From contig OZ024748.1 of assembly GCA_964016885.1 (NCBI GenBank), positions 10,788,001 to 10,852,000 of the forward strand: DNA of 64,000 bases. Direction: 5' to 3'. Position numbers and translations under genes: made by a program. The stretch's first letter is position 1; every line of letters begins with the position of its first letter. The notes beneath the pieces were generated by a model. The model saw nothing but the letters and a program-made list of their open reading frames with translations, was not told where the DNA came from and made no database searches. This DNA comes from Eledone cirrhosa. Taxonomy: Eukaryota. Shown piece by piece: positions 1 to 13,379 of this stretch.

Positions 1-492
1 AAATTTACCATTTTTTTTTTTTTTTTTTTTTGGAGGTTTTTTTGTTTTTTTAAAAATATATCCAGCCAAGCAGTGGCGATGGCAGCGAAAGAAAGAAAGA
101 AAGAAAGAAATAAGGAAAGATAGAGAGCGCAGGGTGGGGGAAGATAAAAAAAAAGACAACCATATCAGGTTAGGTCAGACAGGTAAAAATATACAAACAA
201 CATTTAAAGGTGTTTAGCAAAATAACATGTTAGAAGGGAGGGGATTTTCTCTTTCTTACAGCTCACACCTATGTAGGTTTAGCCAGGGGTTTCTACAGTT
301 GGTCACCTGTAGCATATTATGTTACTTTTAAGAACAGTTCAATATGGCCCTTTTGTTTTTAAATTTTAGATGCTTACTACTATAAAATCTTAATTTTTAA
401 AGGTAAAAATTCTATTGAATATATTAAATTTCCAATTCAGTACTTTCTCTCCCCAAAACTGTTTTTCCCATTTTTTCTACTCATTCTATCAT

Positions 493-525
493 CTGATGAA
501 GGACTAATGTCCGAAACATTGAGAC
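493..525 (+). ncRNA. Degenerate hammerhead-like motif
   Basis: CTGATGA-a-ggac(taat)gtcc-GAAAC-attga; stem I and cleavage triplet poor. Confidence 0.35.
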
Positions 526-798
526 TTTTTCCCTACTATATCAAGTGCTAAACTAATAATATAAATCTTCATTGCTTTGTATTGTTTGCCTGTGTTGTTT
601 ATCTGTTTACCTTTGGCACCTATATGTGTGTCTGTATATATATATATATAAAGCTTTCTTACGCTAAGGGGCTTTGGGGGCTTAAACCCTTCCAATAATT
701 TGTTTCAATATAATTGTGGTTTGGTTTTTACTACACTTATTTTCTACTGACTCTAAATCTCCCAACCCCCAAACTATAACAGAAGCTCTGTTTGTTTG

Positions 799-882
<84 letters not shown>

Positions 883-953
883 ATAGTAATAATAATTATG
901 AAGACCAAAATCCAAAGAGGGCTTGATGAGTATTATATATATAAAATAAGTTT

Positions 954-1262
954 TGTTCCAAACAACATCTCAACATACCAATATATATGTCTTTAGTTAT
1001 GTTCCAAACATCATCTTAATATATCAATATATATGTCTTTAGTTATGTTCCAAACATCATCTTAATATACCAATATATATGTCTTTAGTTATGTTCCAAA
1101 CATCATCTTAATATACCAATATATATGTCTTTAGTTATGTTCCAAACATCATCTTAATATACCAATATATATGTCTTTAGTTATGTTACAAACAACATCT
1201 CAATATACCAATATATATGTCTTTTGTTATGTTACAAACATCATCTTAATATACCAATATAT
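954..1262. repeat. 46-bp minisatellite, about 7 copies
   Basis: gttccaaacatcatcttaatataccaatatatatgtctttagttat. Confidence 0.9.
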
Positions 1263-1526
1263 ATTTGTCGTTTGTTAAGCTATGTTCTTTATATATGAAT
1301 GAACGGAAAAGCTATTTTCCTAAATCCCCTTCCATATTGTTGATTACTTTCACAATTAATTGACTGAAACACATTGCCAGTCTATATTTCCAGAGAAATA
1401 TAGACTGGCAATAAAAGAAGAGGTTAAAATACACAACCACATCACAAAACTGCCAGAATACTTATTAAAAACCAACAAGAAGCCATTGAAATCCAATTAA
1501 AAGAAAGCCACATTGGTATGGTGAGG

Positions 1527-1744
1527 TTAACCCATTAGCATTTAAACCAGCCTTATCCAGCCAGAATTTCTCTCACCTCTTTTTGTTCAAACCGGCTGTA
1601 TCTGGCCACTCATACTGACATTAAGGTATTGTTCCCAAAATAAATATCAAAATCTCATAGATTCGATATTATGTGAGTTAATTATGTGAGGTAAACCCTT
1701 TACTGTGAAAATAGAATAGTGTAATGTAAATGTTAAAGGGTTAA
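1527..1744. mobile_element. TTAA-bounded piggyBac-type MITE, family C (also 6154-6382, 23517-23730, 48775-50158, 56554-56970, 58598-58776, 62042-62670)
   Basis: TTAA-CCC(t/a)ttagcattt ... aaatg(c/t)taaaGGG-TTAA termini; shared internal sequence. Confidence 0.75.
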
Positions 1745-3244
1745 GGTGAGTAGCCTAGAGGTTAGGGTGTTAGACTAATGATTGTGAGGTCGTGGGTTTG
1801 ATTCTTAGACTGGAGGGAATCTTTGTGTTCTTGAGCAAGATGCTTCATTTCACAATGCTGGCATTGAAACACCTGAGAAACCTCCTATGGGATAAACCTC
1901 ATAGAAGGCCAGATAAACCAGCATAGACATGAACTAATCATACAAATGTATGTATATGATAGGACTGGGTACCCCTGTCATTAATAGACTGGAGAAACCT
2001 CCTATGAGATACAGCTAAATAAGTGTGGGCTATAATGACAATATATTTATGTATGATAGGACACATTAAAATACTCATGAAACCTCCTGCGAGATCCAGC
2101 CTTGTAGCAAGCCAGCTAAACCTACATATGTGGGCTGTAATAACAATATATTTATGTATGTATGATAGGACACATCATTAAAATACTCATGAAGCCTCCT
2201 GCGAGATCCAGCCTTGAAGCAAGCCGGCTAAACCTACATATCAACAATAACATGTTGATATTAAGTACCAAACATCTAAATATGGCTTCACTCTTTTGCC
2301 TTAATTATCAATATAACTAGATGAAAAAAAAAAGAACAACATTGGAAGGTGACAGAGGGAGATATCTTTACAATGTGATAGAATCTCTAATTCCTGATTA
2401 GATCCAATAAATATATAAATATTTTGAAATGTTTTCACAGTGAATTACAAAACCAAGATTTAAGGTTTCAATGTAACTACAACAATCAGTGAAGAATCAT
2501 TTATAGGAAAAGAAAACTCAAGAATTCAATGAAAGATATTGAGATAACAGTAAAGAAAAAAATTTAAGATAAAAAAAAATTAAAATTAAGGATAACATTT
2601 TTTTCTTTTCTATTTTTGTTTGTTTTTGTTTTTGTTTTGTTTTTAATTAATTAATTACAAAGATGTGTTGTTAGAAACACTTTAAAAAACCATGTTTACC
2701 ACAAGTAATTCTTTCTTTGAAAAAAAATGCAGACATTGTTAAACAACGTGATTACTTGAATACAAAGAAAAAAAAGAAGCATATTTGTATTCATACACAT
2801 ATATACGTATGTATAAACACACACATACACATATATACGTATGTATAAACACACACATACACATGTATACGTATGTATATATACACACATACACATGTAT
2901 ACGTATGTATATATACACACATACTCATATATACATATGTATATACACACACATGTATACGTGTTACATTATCATCATTATTTACAAAGAAGATGATATA
3001 TACATTTGTATATATATACACACTGACAGTCGCACGCACACACATATATATGTAGCTGCATGTATATATAAATGCATATTTATATATATATATATACACA
3101 TGCATATCTATATATATATATATATACACACATGCATATCTATATATATATGATATAAATGCATATATATGTGTAGATAGACACACACATACATATATAT
3201 ATATATCCATATGCACGTATACATATGAACATCCACACACAGAA

Positions 3245-3275
<31 letters not shown>

Positions 3276-3685
3276 TGTGTATGAGATACAATTATAGGAT
3301 AAGATATAGCAAGGCTGTAGGTAGAAGATGGGAGATATTTATATAAACACAGACCAGACCACAACATGGCAAGAACTGAGAGGAGCATCACAGCAAAGTT
3401 ACAGAAGGGGGAAGGGGAAAGAAGAAGAAGAAGAAGAAGCAGCAAGGTTTCTTTTTTGTCTTTTACATTTGATTGCTGTTTATTTTGTATTGTTTTGTAT
3501 TGGTTTAATCAGTTAACGATGCGATAATTACACAGGCTGGAAACTGTGTTGGGAGAAAGTTAAAATAATCAATAAAGCAATGGAGAAGTATTGTGCTAGG
3601 ATAAGAATGAAAATGTCTTAATTGATTGAGAAGACAGATTTCACAGCATTATAAACACTATATGGGCATGTATGTATATGTATGC

Positions 3686-3726
<41 letters not shown>

Positions 3727-4231
3727 CATACATACACACATACAGGGTGATATTTGGACACCCTGCAAAGGGCGGATGAACCCAGCAGAGTCAACGGCTA
3801 TCCAAATAGTATTTTTTTTATTCCCACCTGGGAGTGAAAGGCCCCCAGTTGTTGTCACAACACCTTTCTATGAGAAGGAAACTCTGAAATTGGTCGAGTG
3901 GAAGGCCTTTCCCCACTTAAAACAAACTTTCAAAGCACAGGCATTGCTTGTTCAGGATATGTTACGGGTTTATGTGACAGGCCATAGCCTAAAAGTACAC
4001 CATTTTCTGTAATCTGACAAGCGATTGCAATACTCTTAGCAGAGTTTGCAGCCATCATATATATACATACACACGTGAGTCGTGGGTTCAATCGAGGGTA
4101 ACCACTGTAGGTAAGGTACTTCATACATTAGCAGTAGAGTGTAAACATCAAATTTAATATTGAAATGGTTTCTACAGGACTAGAACTGTTTCAATCGAAG
4201 GAAATCACCAGGAAAGCCAACTGTCATTGGA

Positions 4232-5552
4232 CGAGGAGGGATCAAAAAGTTCGCGGAATTTTTCAGAAAATATTCTATTTTTCAAAAAGTATGATTTATC
4301 TTCAATTTATTTTTCTACATAGTTGCCATCCAGGTCAATATACTTCACAAGGCGATGCTTCCAGCTTCGTAAGCTGTCTCTAAAGAAAGTTGACAGCCTT
4401 GTTCGAAGCCATGTGTTGGCTTTGAAGCCATTTGTTTTAGCTTTTTCAACACCACTAAAACGGGTTCCTTTTAGCATTTCTTTGAGTTTTGGAAAGAGGA
4501 AAAAGTCTGATGGGGCTAAATCTGGACTATAAGGTGGGTGAGGAAGCACTTCCCATCAAAATTATCGAAGAACTTCTTTTGCAACCCGCGCAGAATGCGC
4601 TGGTGCATTGTCATGGTCAAACAAGATCCCACCATGAAGTTTCCCTTTTCGTTTCTTGACTAATGCCTCTTTCAGCTTCCTTAAAACATTTGCATAGTAA
4701 GCTCCTGTCACAGTTCTTTGACCTTCAAGATAATCTATTAGTATCACCACATCTGATTCCCAGAAAATAGTGGCCATCACTTTTTGATCCGACTTTTGAG
4801 ATTTGAACTTGATTGGCCCTGATGATCCACGTGGAAGCCACTGTTTTGACTGTTGTTTGGATTCAGGATCATACTGGTAGATCCAGGTTTCATCTCCGGT
4901 GATGATTCTGGTCAGGAAACGCTCTTCATCAACTTCAATTTTGTTTAATATCGCCAAAGACAGATCACTTCGAAGAATCAGCTGATCAGGGTGCAACGCT
5001 TTTGGGACCTATCGCGCTGAAAGCTTGCTTAGTCCCAAATTATCGTGCAGAATTGAATTTGCCGAACCATATGAAATGTCTAGGGACTTAGCTAACTGAT
5101 TAACTGTTATTCTTCGATCTTCTTCAATTAAAGTCTGAGCAGCCTTAACGTTTTGGTCATTTTTTGATGTTCCTAGTCTTCCACTGCGATGGTCGTCTTC
5201 AAGGTCGTCTCTCCCTTGTTTGAATTGCTGAATCCACTTGTAGACAGCAGTTTTCTTTGGAGCAGTAGTACCGTAAACTTTAACTAAAGCCTCCATAATC
5301 TGTGTCCCTTTCCATTTGAGTTTCACCAGAAACTTGATATTCGATCTTATCTCAAAATAACTATTTTCCATTGTTCCAAAAAGAGGTTTTTTAAAGAGTG
5401 TCAGTACTGTACAATAGTCTGCACATAACTGACTGCCAGTGACTAATAGCAAGGTAAACACCCAGTGACAATGTTCTGACATGTTTAATATTGTTTTAAC
5501 CTATTTTTTTCCTACTACAATAAAATTCCGCAAACTTTTTGATCCCCCCTCG
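4232..5552 (-). mobile_element. Full-length mariner (DD34D) transposon, inactive
   Basis: About 30-bp TIRs (cgaggagggatcaaaaagttcgcggaattt / aaattccgcaaactttttgatcccccctcg); TA at the right end, GA at the left. Confidence 0.95.
4307..5371 (-). pseudogene. Mariner transposase, 355 codons, three in-frame stops
   Basis: HTH region, (W)VPK, TGDETW, HDNAPAH, YSPDLAPSDF; stops at 5009-5011 TAG, 4562-4564 TAA, 4556-4558 TGA; no frameshift. Confidence 0.93.
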
Positions 5553-6464
5553 TAATACAGTGGTATAGTTGTCTTTCCTGATAAACTAGCAGATATCAAA
5601 TGTCTATGTCCTATGATATCTGGAGTTTCAAACCTTAGGTAGCGTACATTTGTGTTCAGATCTTATTCATATAATAAATAATAAAGAGAGTGTTGGGAAT
5701 GTTGGTATATTACAGCTAGAAAAATAAAGATGGAACTGAAGTAAAAATGACAAGGCAAAAAACATATATTTTCCCTCCTATATATTTCTTCATAATATTT
5801 CAAGGTAAAGACTTTCATTATTAATTACATATCTATGGATGCAGATTTGCAGTACCAATAGAGGGTTGGACCCCATGCTAGCGTAGAAGAATGGACGTAA
5901 AACGGTGATGATGATGATGATGAAACAGTAAGTTTCTTGTCTTATGTCTGGAAGTGTTAAACTAAATCAATTATTCCTGTCCATTTCTACAACTTCTGTT
6001 ACAAATGAAGACAGTTATCAATCTTTGACAGAAATCAATCATTGTCAAGATAGACAATGACTCAACGACGGTCGCCTTTATCAGATCATATTCCTATTGA
6101 AGAACACAGACTTGTCAACTTAAAATGACACAAGATATTAGAGGAATTTATGTTTAACTCTTCAGCATTTAAACCGGTTGTATCTGGCCAGAATTTTCTC
6201 ACCTCTTTCTGTTCACCCTGGCTGTAACCAGCTGCTTATACTTATGTTAAAGTATTGTTCTCAAAATGAATAATATCAAAATCTCATAGATTCAATATTA
6301 TGTGAGATAATTCTGTGAGGTAAAGCCTTTACTGTGAAAATATAATATTAAATATAGAGTAATATAAATGCTAAAGGGTTAAATGAAGCAAGTATTTGTT
6401 TCTTATGAAAATGTAGGCATTTTTAATCTTTAATGTACCATTGCAGTACCTGTGGCCTGTGTCA

Positions 6465-7408
6465 TCTATATATATATAAAACTGAGGATGTCTGTCTGTG
6501 TGTGTGTGAGTTTGAATCCCTAAAACTCGAGAACCACCCAACCGACTGTTTTCAAACTTTACATATGTAATACTAATGTTTCAAGGAGTGTTCTGAGCAA
6601 AAAAAAATTCAAATTTTCAATGCCCTAGGGACCGCATTAGGCGATTTAGCGATCTCTCTCTATAATTCTTAGTCTTTCTCTTTTTAGATAGATACATACA
6701 TATAACGTCGCGTCCTTATAATATCTGTCTGTATGTCTAGCTGTCTGCATTACGTCACTTCCCTGAGGATGTCTGTCTGTGTGTGAGTGTGTGTGTGTGT
6801 GTGTACCTGAGTTTGAATCCCTAAAACTCGAGAAGTACCCAACCGACTTTTTTCAAACTTTACATGTGTATTACTTATGTTTCAGTGAGTGTTATGCACA
6901 TAAAAAAAATTCTACTTTTTGATCCCCTAGGGCATGATGCATTAGTTGAAAAACTGCGTTTTTTCAGGTTTTTAGGGGTTTTTGAGTCGTTACGTCAGAC
7001 TGATTTCCTTGAAATTGTAACTATGTATTAGTCAGTCTCTTCATACCGCGAGAAAAAAAAAATCCAACTTTCTTATGGCCTAGGGCCCGCATTAGGTGAA
7101 AAACTTCATTTTTTCAGCTTTTTAGGGCTTTTTTGAGGCGTTACATCTAGCCGATTTTCCAAAAATTTCAAGGCATATTATGCACATAAAAAAAATTCAT
7201 TTTCTTGATCCCCTAGGGCCTGCATTAGGTGAAAACCTGCATTTTTCCTCCTTCATTGAGGAAAATCTTAAAGATTATCCAGCCATCAGAGTATTCGGTT
7301 TATTTTCTTTACATATTGTCCATGCATGCAGTTTTTCCACGATTAGGTCTGTTGGTGGCCTGCGTTCCAAAATACCTTATCCCGTGCAACGCCGGGTACC
7401 ACTGTTAG
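6465..7408 (+). mobile_element. Non-autonomous Helitron-like element with internal repeats
   Basis: 5' TC(TATATA) after an A; 3' hairpin cccgtgcaacgccggg then TTAG (CTAG-like) before a T; internal duplication about 6482-6630 / 6763-6932. Confidence 0.7.
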
Positions 7409-7493
7409 TGTAAATATATAAATGTATGGCTGAGTCAACTGCAGGGGAGCTTTTCAAATAATTTTACTAAAAAAATGCATTGAACATTAAGGA

Positions 7494-7540
<47 letters not shown>

Positions 7541-7728
7541 TGAGTCAGGACCCCGACAGCTGAGCTCTTGCTGTTTCAACAGACCAGCTGTGGAAACATC
7601 AAGAGCTCAACTGTCGGGATTCTGACTCATTCATATAACCATACTCTACCACCTATAGTATTGAGTACTCTGGTGAGTAATGGTCTAACCAGTTTCTTAC
7701 TGGAACCGTCTTGATATTTATATATGTT

Positions 7729-7762
<34 letters not shown>

Positions 7763-7828
7763 TAGAAAGTGAGGTTTTTTTTTTTTTACAACATGAAAAA
7801 TAACCGAGGTGTCCTACACGAGTGGAAG

Positions 7829-8677
7829 TATAAAGAAAAAGGGATGAAATCGAAAATGCAACTGAAGTCTTATTTTTTTAAAAAATATATATATTTATTT
7901 GGTTCCTTTACCGGTTTCGCAGTTCTTCTGCTTTTCAAAAGGTGAGTTGAGATGGAGGGTCTGTGGTTTTTCTCACATCTGGTTGGTCTCTAAATGTTAC
8001 TTGTTTTATATGGAAAAAGTGGCTCGAAAACCAGGTTTTTCGAGAAGTAATTTGATTGGTTTGTCAATAATTATAATAAATTTCGCACCAGTTCGCGTTA
8101 CAATAGTTCTTCAAATAAGAGAGGGGGGGGGGGGGGTTGTCACAGGTTGTTTTTTCATATATGAGTGTTTGAATTTCTTTTTACTTGAAAAAATGAGGCT
8201 CACGAAGGCTTTTTTTTTGGTTGGTTATAAATGAAATTTGGCTGTCACGTGAACAAGTTTTCATTACATTTTTGCGCCCTTATTTGGAAAACTATTCTGT
8301 AGTCTTTATAGTGAATGTTATGACAATGGAGAGATAGTGGTCAAGGGAAAAGGGATTGGGAGAAATGTTCTGGTTCAGTGAATATGGCCAGCTGTCAGAG
8401 TTCAGGTGTCAGAGTTCAGATTTTCTATTGAGACTGAAGATATGTGTTTATTTGTGTGCTTCTCGAAAAACCTGGTTTTCGAGCCACTTTTTCCATATAA
8501 AACAAGTAACATTTAGAGACCAACCAGATGTGAGAAAAACCACAGACCCTCCATCTCAACTCACCTTTTGAAAAGCAGAAGAACTGCGAAACCGGTAAAG
8601 GAACCAAATAAATATATATATTTTTAAAAAAAATAAGACTTCAGTTGCATTTTCGATTTCATCCCTTTTTCTTTATA
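7829..8677. mobile_element. Element with 219-bp inverted arms (7829-8047 / 8459-8677), probably Penelope-like inverted pLTRs
   Basis: Arms are reverse complements (the ORF track gives identical peptides at 7899+ and 8607-); each arm carries a hammerhead-like motif. Confidence 0.6.
8564..8601 (+). ncRNA. Minimal type I hammerhead ribozyme-like motif (U3-A8 variant); second copy at 7905-7942 on the - strand
   Basis: cctt-TTGAAAA-gcag(aagaa)ctgc-GAAAC-cgGTA-aagg. Confidence 0.55.
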
Positions 8678-8815
8678 TATATATATATATACATATATAA
8701 ATATATATGTGTATATATATATATATTATATATATATATATTATATACATATATAAATATATATGTGTATATATATATATATATTATATATATATATTAT
8801 ATACATATATAAATA

Positions 8816-8854
<39 letters not shown>

Positions 8855-9421
8855 CATATATAAATATAAAGGATAAAAAGTGAGTCTTGTTACTCTGGAG
8901 TTTTGCCTGTTTATCACAAGGTCGTCATTCCATGAGAGTATCTTGGTCTGTCTATGAACTTTTCAGTCGACCCTCCCCTCATACACCAATAAGTATACAC
9001 GTGTACCTCTCCTGCTAGAGGTATATCTAATGGGGAGGGGAACGGAATACTTATGATAGATTAATGAGAGAGAAACAGCTGGGTGTCTGTACTAACAAAT
9101 AGTACAAACATATAATACCCGCAACTAATATGCTAGTAGTAGTAGTAGTAGTAGTAGCAGCAGCAGCAGTAGCAGTGGTACAGTATCGGTAGAGCTTTGT
9201 AGCAGAGAGTTATGGCCCTTTACGTTCTAAGTTCAAATCTAGCTGAAGATAGATTTGCCTTTCATTCTTACGGGGTCGACAAAATACAGCACCAGTAATG
9301 CACTGGCATAATTGCTGGCCTTGTGCCAAAAATAGAAACAATTATATATATATATGTGTATATATATGAGGACTGTACGCAATAATTTTCATTATATATA
9401 TATATATATATTCATCATTCT

Positions 9422-9750
9422 TGGCTTAGTGGTTAGAGCATTGGGCTTGCAATCAAAAGGTTGTGAGTTCAATTCTCAGACCGAGTGATGTGTTGTTTCC
9501 TTGAGCAAGACACTTTATTTCACATTGCTCCAGTTTACTCAGCTGTAAAAATGAGATGATAGGGACTGGGGTCCATATCATTCCACTGCAAAGTGGTCGT
9601 GGAGGTGCCACGGCAAAAAAAGTACCCAGCACTCACTGTAAATGAGGTTGGTGTTAGAAAGGGCATCCAGCTGTAGAAATAAAGCCAGAATCAGTTCCCG
9701 TCCCACCCTTGCAAGCAGGGAGAAGCGGATGTAAAATGATGATGATGATT
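9422..9750 (+). mobile_element. tRNA-derived SINE, family A
   Basis: A/B-box head (tggcttagtggttagagc...gagttcaattc), RTE-type 3' tail, (GAT)n end. Confidence 0.85.
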
Positions 9751-10075
9751 CATCATTTTACATCCGTTTTTCCCTGCTTGCAAGGGTGGGACGGGAACTG
9801 ATTCTGGCTTTATTTCTACAGCTGGATGCCCTTTCTAACACCAACCTCATTTACAGTGAGTGCTGGGTGCTCTTTTGTCATGGCACCCCCACGACCACTT
9901 TGCAGTGGAATGATATGGACCCCAGTCCCTATCATCTCATTTTTACAGCTGAGTAAACTGGAGCAATGTGAAATAAAGTGTCTTGCTCAAGAAAACAACA
10001 CATCACCCGGTCTGAGAATTGAACTCAGAACCTTTCGATTGCAAGGCCAATGCTCTAACCACTAAGCTATGTGCC
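9751..10075 (-). mobile_element. tRNA-derived SINE, family A, tail-to-tail with the previous copy
   Basis: Near-exact reverse complement of 9422-9750. Confidence 0.85.
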
Positions 10076-10792
10076 ATATATATATGTCTGTAACTCTAAC
10101 ATTTGCACACTCACATACACACTCTCCATCTATCTCAGTCATGTTGCTACAATTAGAAGTTCACTTTCCAATTACAAGGTCCTATCTAACCCTGCATCAG
10201 TTCCTATATATATCATAGTTATTTCTCACACATTTAATCACCTTGTATGTCATTTGTACATCGTATATGATGAACATTTATGTAATTATATCCTAGAAAT
10301 AAATTAATACATTACCAAAATACCATTCTTATATCTTTAATTACTTCCACATGTCAGTAATCAAAATAAACTATAAGGATTATCTTCCACAAACCATTAA
10401 TTTATAAAAACACAAATTTCCCAGTTTGTATGATTGTTCATATATCCAGTAACCTCGGTATATCTGTCTATCGACAAGGTCCAGGTTTGTAGTAATAGTA
10501 GTAGTAATGCTTGTATTACTGTGGCAACATGTCTCTGGTCGCTTTACTCATAGTGTCACTATTCCTTAACCTTTTGTGTTCACTCTGAGGAGAGATTTAT
10601 CAATTACTCACTCATTGAGTGCTTCATGACAGCCTCTGATAATTTGATTGTTCATCTGCTATTGTGCAGCTGCAACTTCGGTTATCATCATCATCGTTTA
10701 ACGTCCATCTTCCACGCTAGCATGGGTCATTATTATTATTATTATATATATATATATTGCCCTCTTAATAATAATATATATTATTATTAAGA

Positions 10793-10990
10793 GGGCGGTG
10801 AATTGGCAGTATCGGTAGAGGGTCGGACACCATGCTTTCCAGCATAGTTACGTCCCTTTACGGTCTGAGTTCAAATCCCGTCGAGGTTAACTTTGCCTTT
10901 CATCCTTACGGGGTCGATAAAATAAAGTACCAGTAATGTACTGGGTAATTGCTGGCCTTGTGCCAAAAAGTAGAAACAATTATTATTATA
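10793..10990 (+). mobile_element. tRNA-derived SINE, family B (related copies at about 9170-9345+, 20030-20220-, 30505-30740-, 58030-58248-)
   Basis: ggcggtg...gagttcaaatccc head; cctttcatccttacggggtcgataaaataaagtaccag core; (ATT)n tail. Confidence 0.8.
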
Positions 10991-12239
10991 TATATACCAC
11001 AAAACATCTAGCCCACACTGTAAAGTGATCATGTAGGTGTCACGACAAAAAGAAATCAGCCCACACTGTAAAGTGGTCATGTAGGAGACATAGTAAAAAG
11101 CACCCAGCACACATTGTAAATGTGGTTGGCATTAGGAAGGGCATCCAGCTGTAGAAAACCAGCCAGAAACAGTCCTATATGAGCAAGACATGGTCATTCG
11201 ACTCAACTTGCATCTAAAGGGACAAACTCGTCTAACCCACACTAGCGTGGAAAGTGGTCGATAAATGATGATGATTATGATATATACATCATCATCATTT
11301 TACATCCGCTTTTCCCTGCTTGCAAGGGTTGGACAGGTCCCATTCAGCACAGCATCTCTCCACTTGTCACGGTCCTTCGTCATCTCCTCGGTGAGCTTCA
11401 GCGATCTGAGGTCTGCTCTCACCACCTCCACCCATGTTTTTCATGGTCTTCCTCTACTGGGATTTCTTGGCACTTCTTTACCCAACGGTCATCCTCCATG
11501 TGCATCACATGTCCATACCATCTCAACCTTCTTTCCTGTACACCACAACTTATCCCTCTTATACCCAGTTTCTTTTTCAACTCGTCTATGCTTGGTCATT
11601 CACGCACATTGACATTGCACATCCAACATATATATATATATATATATATATGAATGGCATACCAATACTGTACTCCAGTATTACAGTCATTATTCATGTC
11701 ACTGGTCCTCTAGTTGTAGATAAAATTTATTAAATTCACGATATAAATCATCACCACACCATCGTTTAACGTCCATTTTCCACGTTCACATGGGTTAGAC
11801 AGATTGTCTCATTAGAGGCAAGTTTGGTTGAATGACCATGTCTCGCTTGCATAGGACTGTTTCTGGCTAGGTTTATGATAACAATAATTAATTAATAATT
11901 GAAATAATACAATGATACAATGATTAATAATTATAGGTCAGAGTAATTATTATTGTGTTTCAGGTTCACATCGACCTTGGAATTTCCATTGAGTTGGCTA
12001 GTATTGATAAATGAGGAATATCTGGAGATGTGTGTGTGTGTTTGAGTGTGTACTTGTGTGTGTGTACATGTGTATGTTGGGGTGATGGGAAGAAGGTGAG
12101 GGGGGGGGGGGGCAGGAGAGATAAGGGAGGTGGTTATGGATGGGAGAGAGAGAGAGGGGAGGAGGAGAGGAGGAGGAAGAGGAGGAAGGGTTTGCTTTGC
12201 AGGCTCCAAAACAGGCTTCATACATATGTGGGGTTTTGA

Positions 12240-12270
<31 letters not shown>

Positions 12271-12443
12271 AACCGCCATAACAGAAAAAAGAGATGTGGG
12301 TTCAATTCTCACACAAGCTAATGCCCATATTTTTTTCTGTTATGAGGGTTCATATGCCCTAATATTAAAATTAAACTATTTCCTGTAGTCAATTTATAGT
12401 GAAAGATTCTAATTCTACTTTCAAAATGATACATATGTATGTA

Positions 12444-12484
<41 letters not shown>

Positions 12485-13379
12485 TATGATTGTTAATTAA
12501 CTATTATATAATGCTTTTGCAGAAAATATCTAAAGACAGGTTTGTTAGTTCAAACATCTATATATAGTAACTTTACTAGTGAACAGATCATTGAGAAAAT
12601 TTGTAGTATTAGACTAATGCCTTCAAATTTATAATATGATGCAGAAATAAGTCTTCTTTTGTACTTTGTAAGAATGTCTTGCTAATGTGGTTTCATGTGG
12701 TACAGGACGTTAGGAATTAAGTACTAAAACTTAAACCAAATAACAGGCCTAGTTGACAGTTATTTATTAGTCTCACACTGTCGAGTTTGAATAATATTTA
12801 TTTTGTCATTTTGTAATAAATAACACAACTCTACTTGGTTTACTAAAGACAACATGTTGCAGGACATCAAATAAACACAGAGACTCTCACACACACACAC
12901 ACACACACATGTGCGTGCATATGTAATTAGTGTGTCCTGCAACATGTGTGTATGTGTGTGAGTGAGTGTGAGTGTGTGTGTGTATATATATATATATATT
13001 ATATACAGAGTGTCCATAAAGTCTGTGTATAGTTACAAAGCTACAAGTATTTTAATTTGCATGCAGACTTTATGGACACCTTGTATACATATATATATAT
13101 GCAAAAAAATAAACAGAAATGACAAAGCAAACAACACAGTACAATGAATAAATAATATGTATAAATATATATATATATATATATATGGAATGTGTGTGTA
13201 TCCCTACACAAGTGACCAAGATAACAGTCGATTGCTACAAATAATAGTTGAGAAAATCAGGCAAAGCATTCCTGTAGATGGAATACAGTGGACAGAGGCA
13301 TCTTGTGGTCATTTGCATTGGGACACAGGCATTTCAAAAAGGAAGACAAGCGGAATTGCTCTAATTATAGAGAGAGCTT

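Noticed and set aside
2696-3445. YI/CV/HT-rich ORFs (also 796, 25604-26137, 37129-37800, 41224-41596)
   Set aside because: Translations of microsatellites.
9422-9490. tRNA genes at SINE heads (also 10793, 26062, 26578)
   Set aside because: A/B boxes are present but there is no complete cloverleaf, and each is fused to a repeated core and tail.
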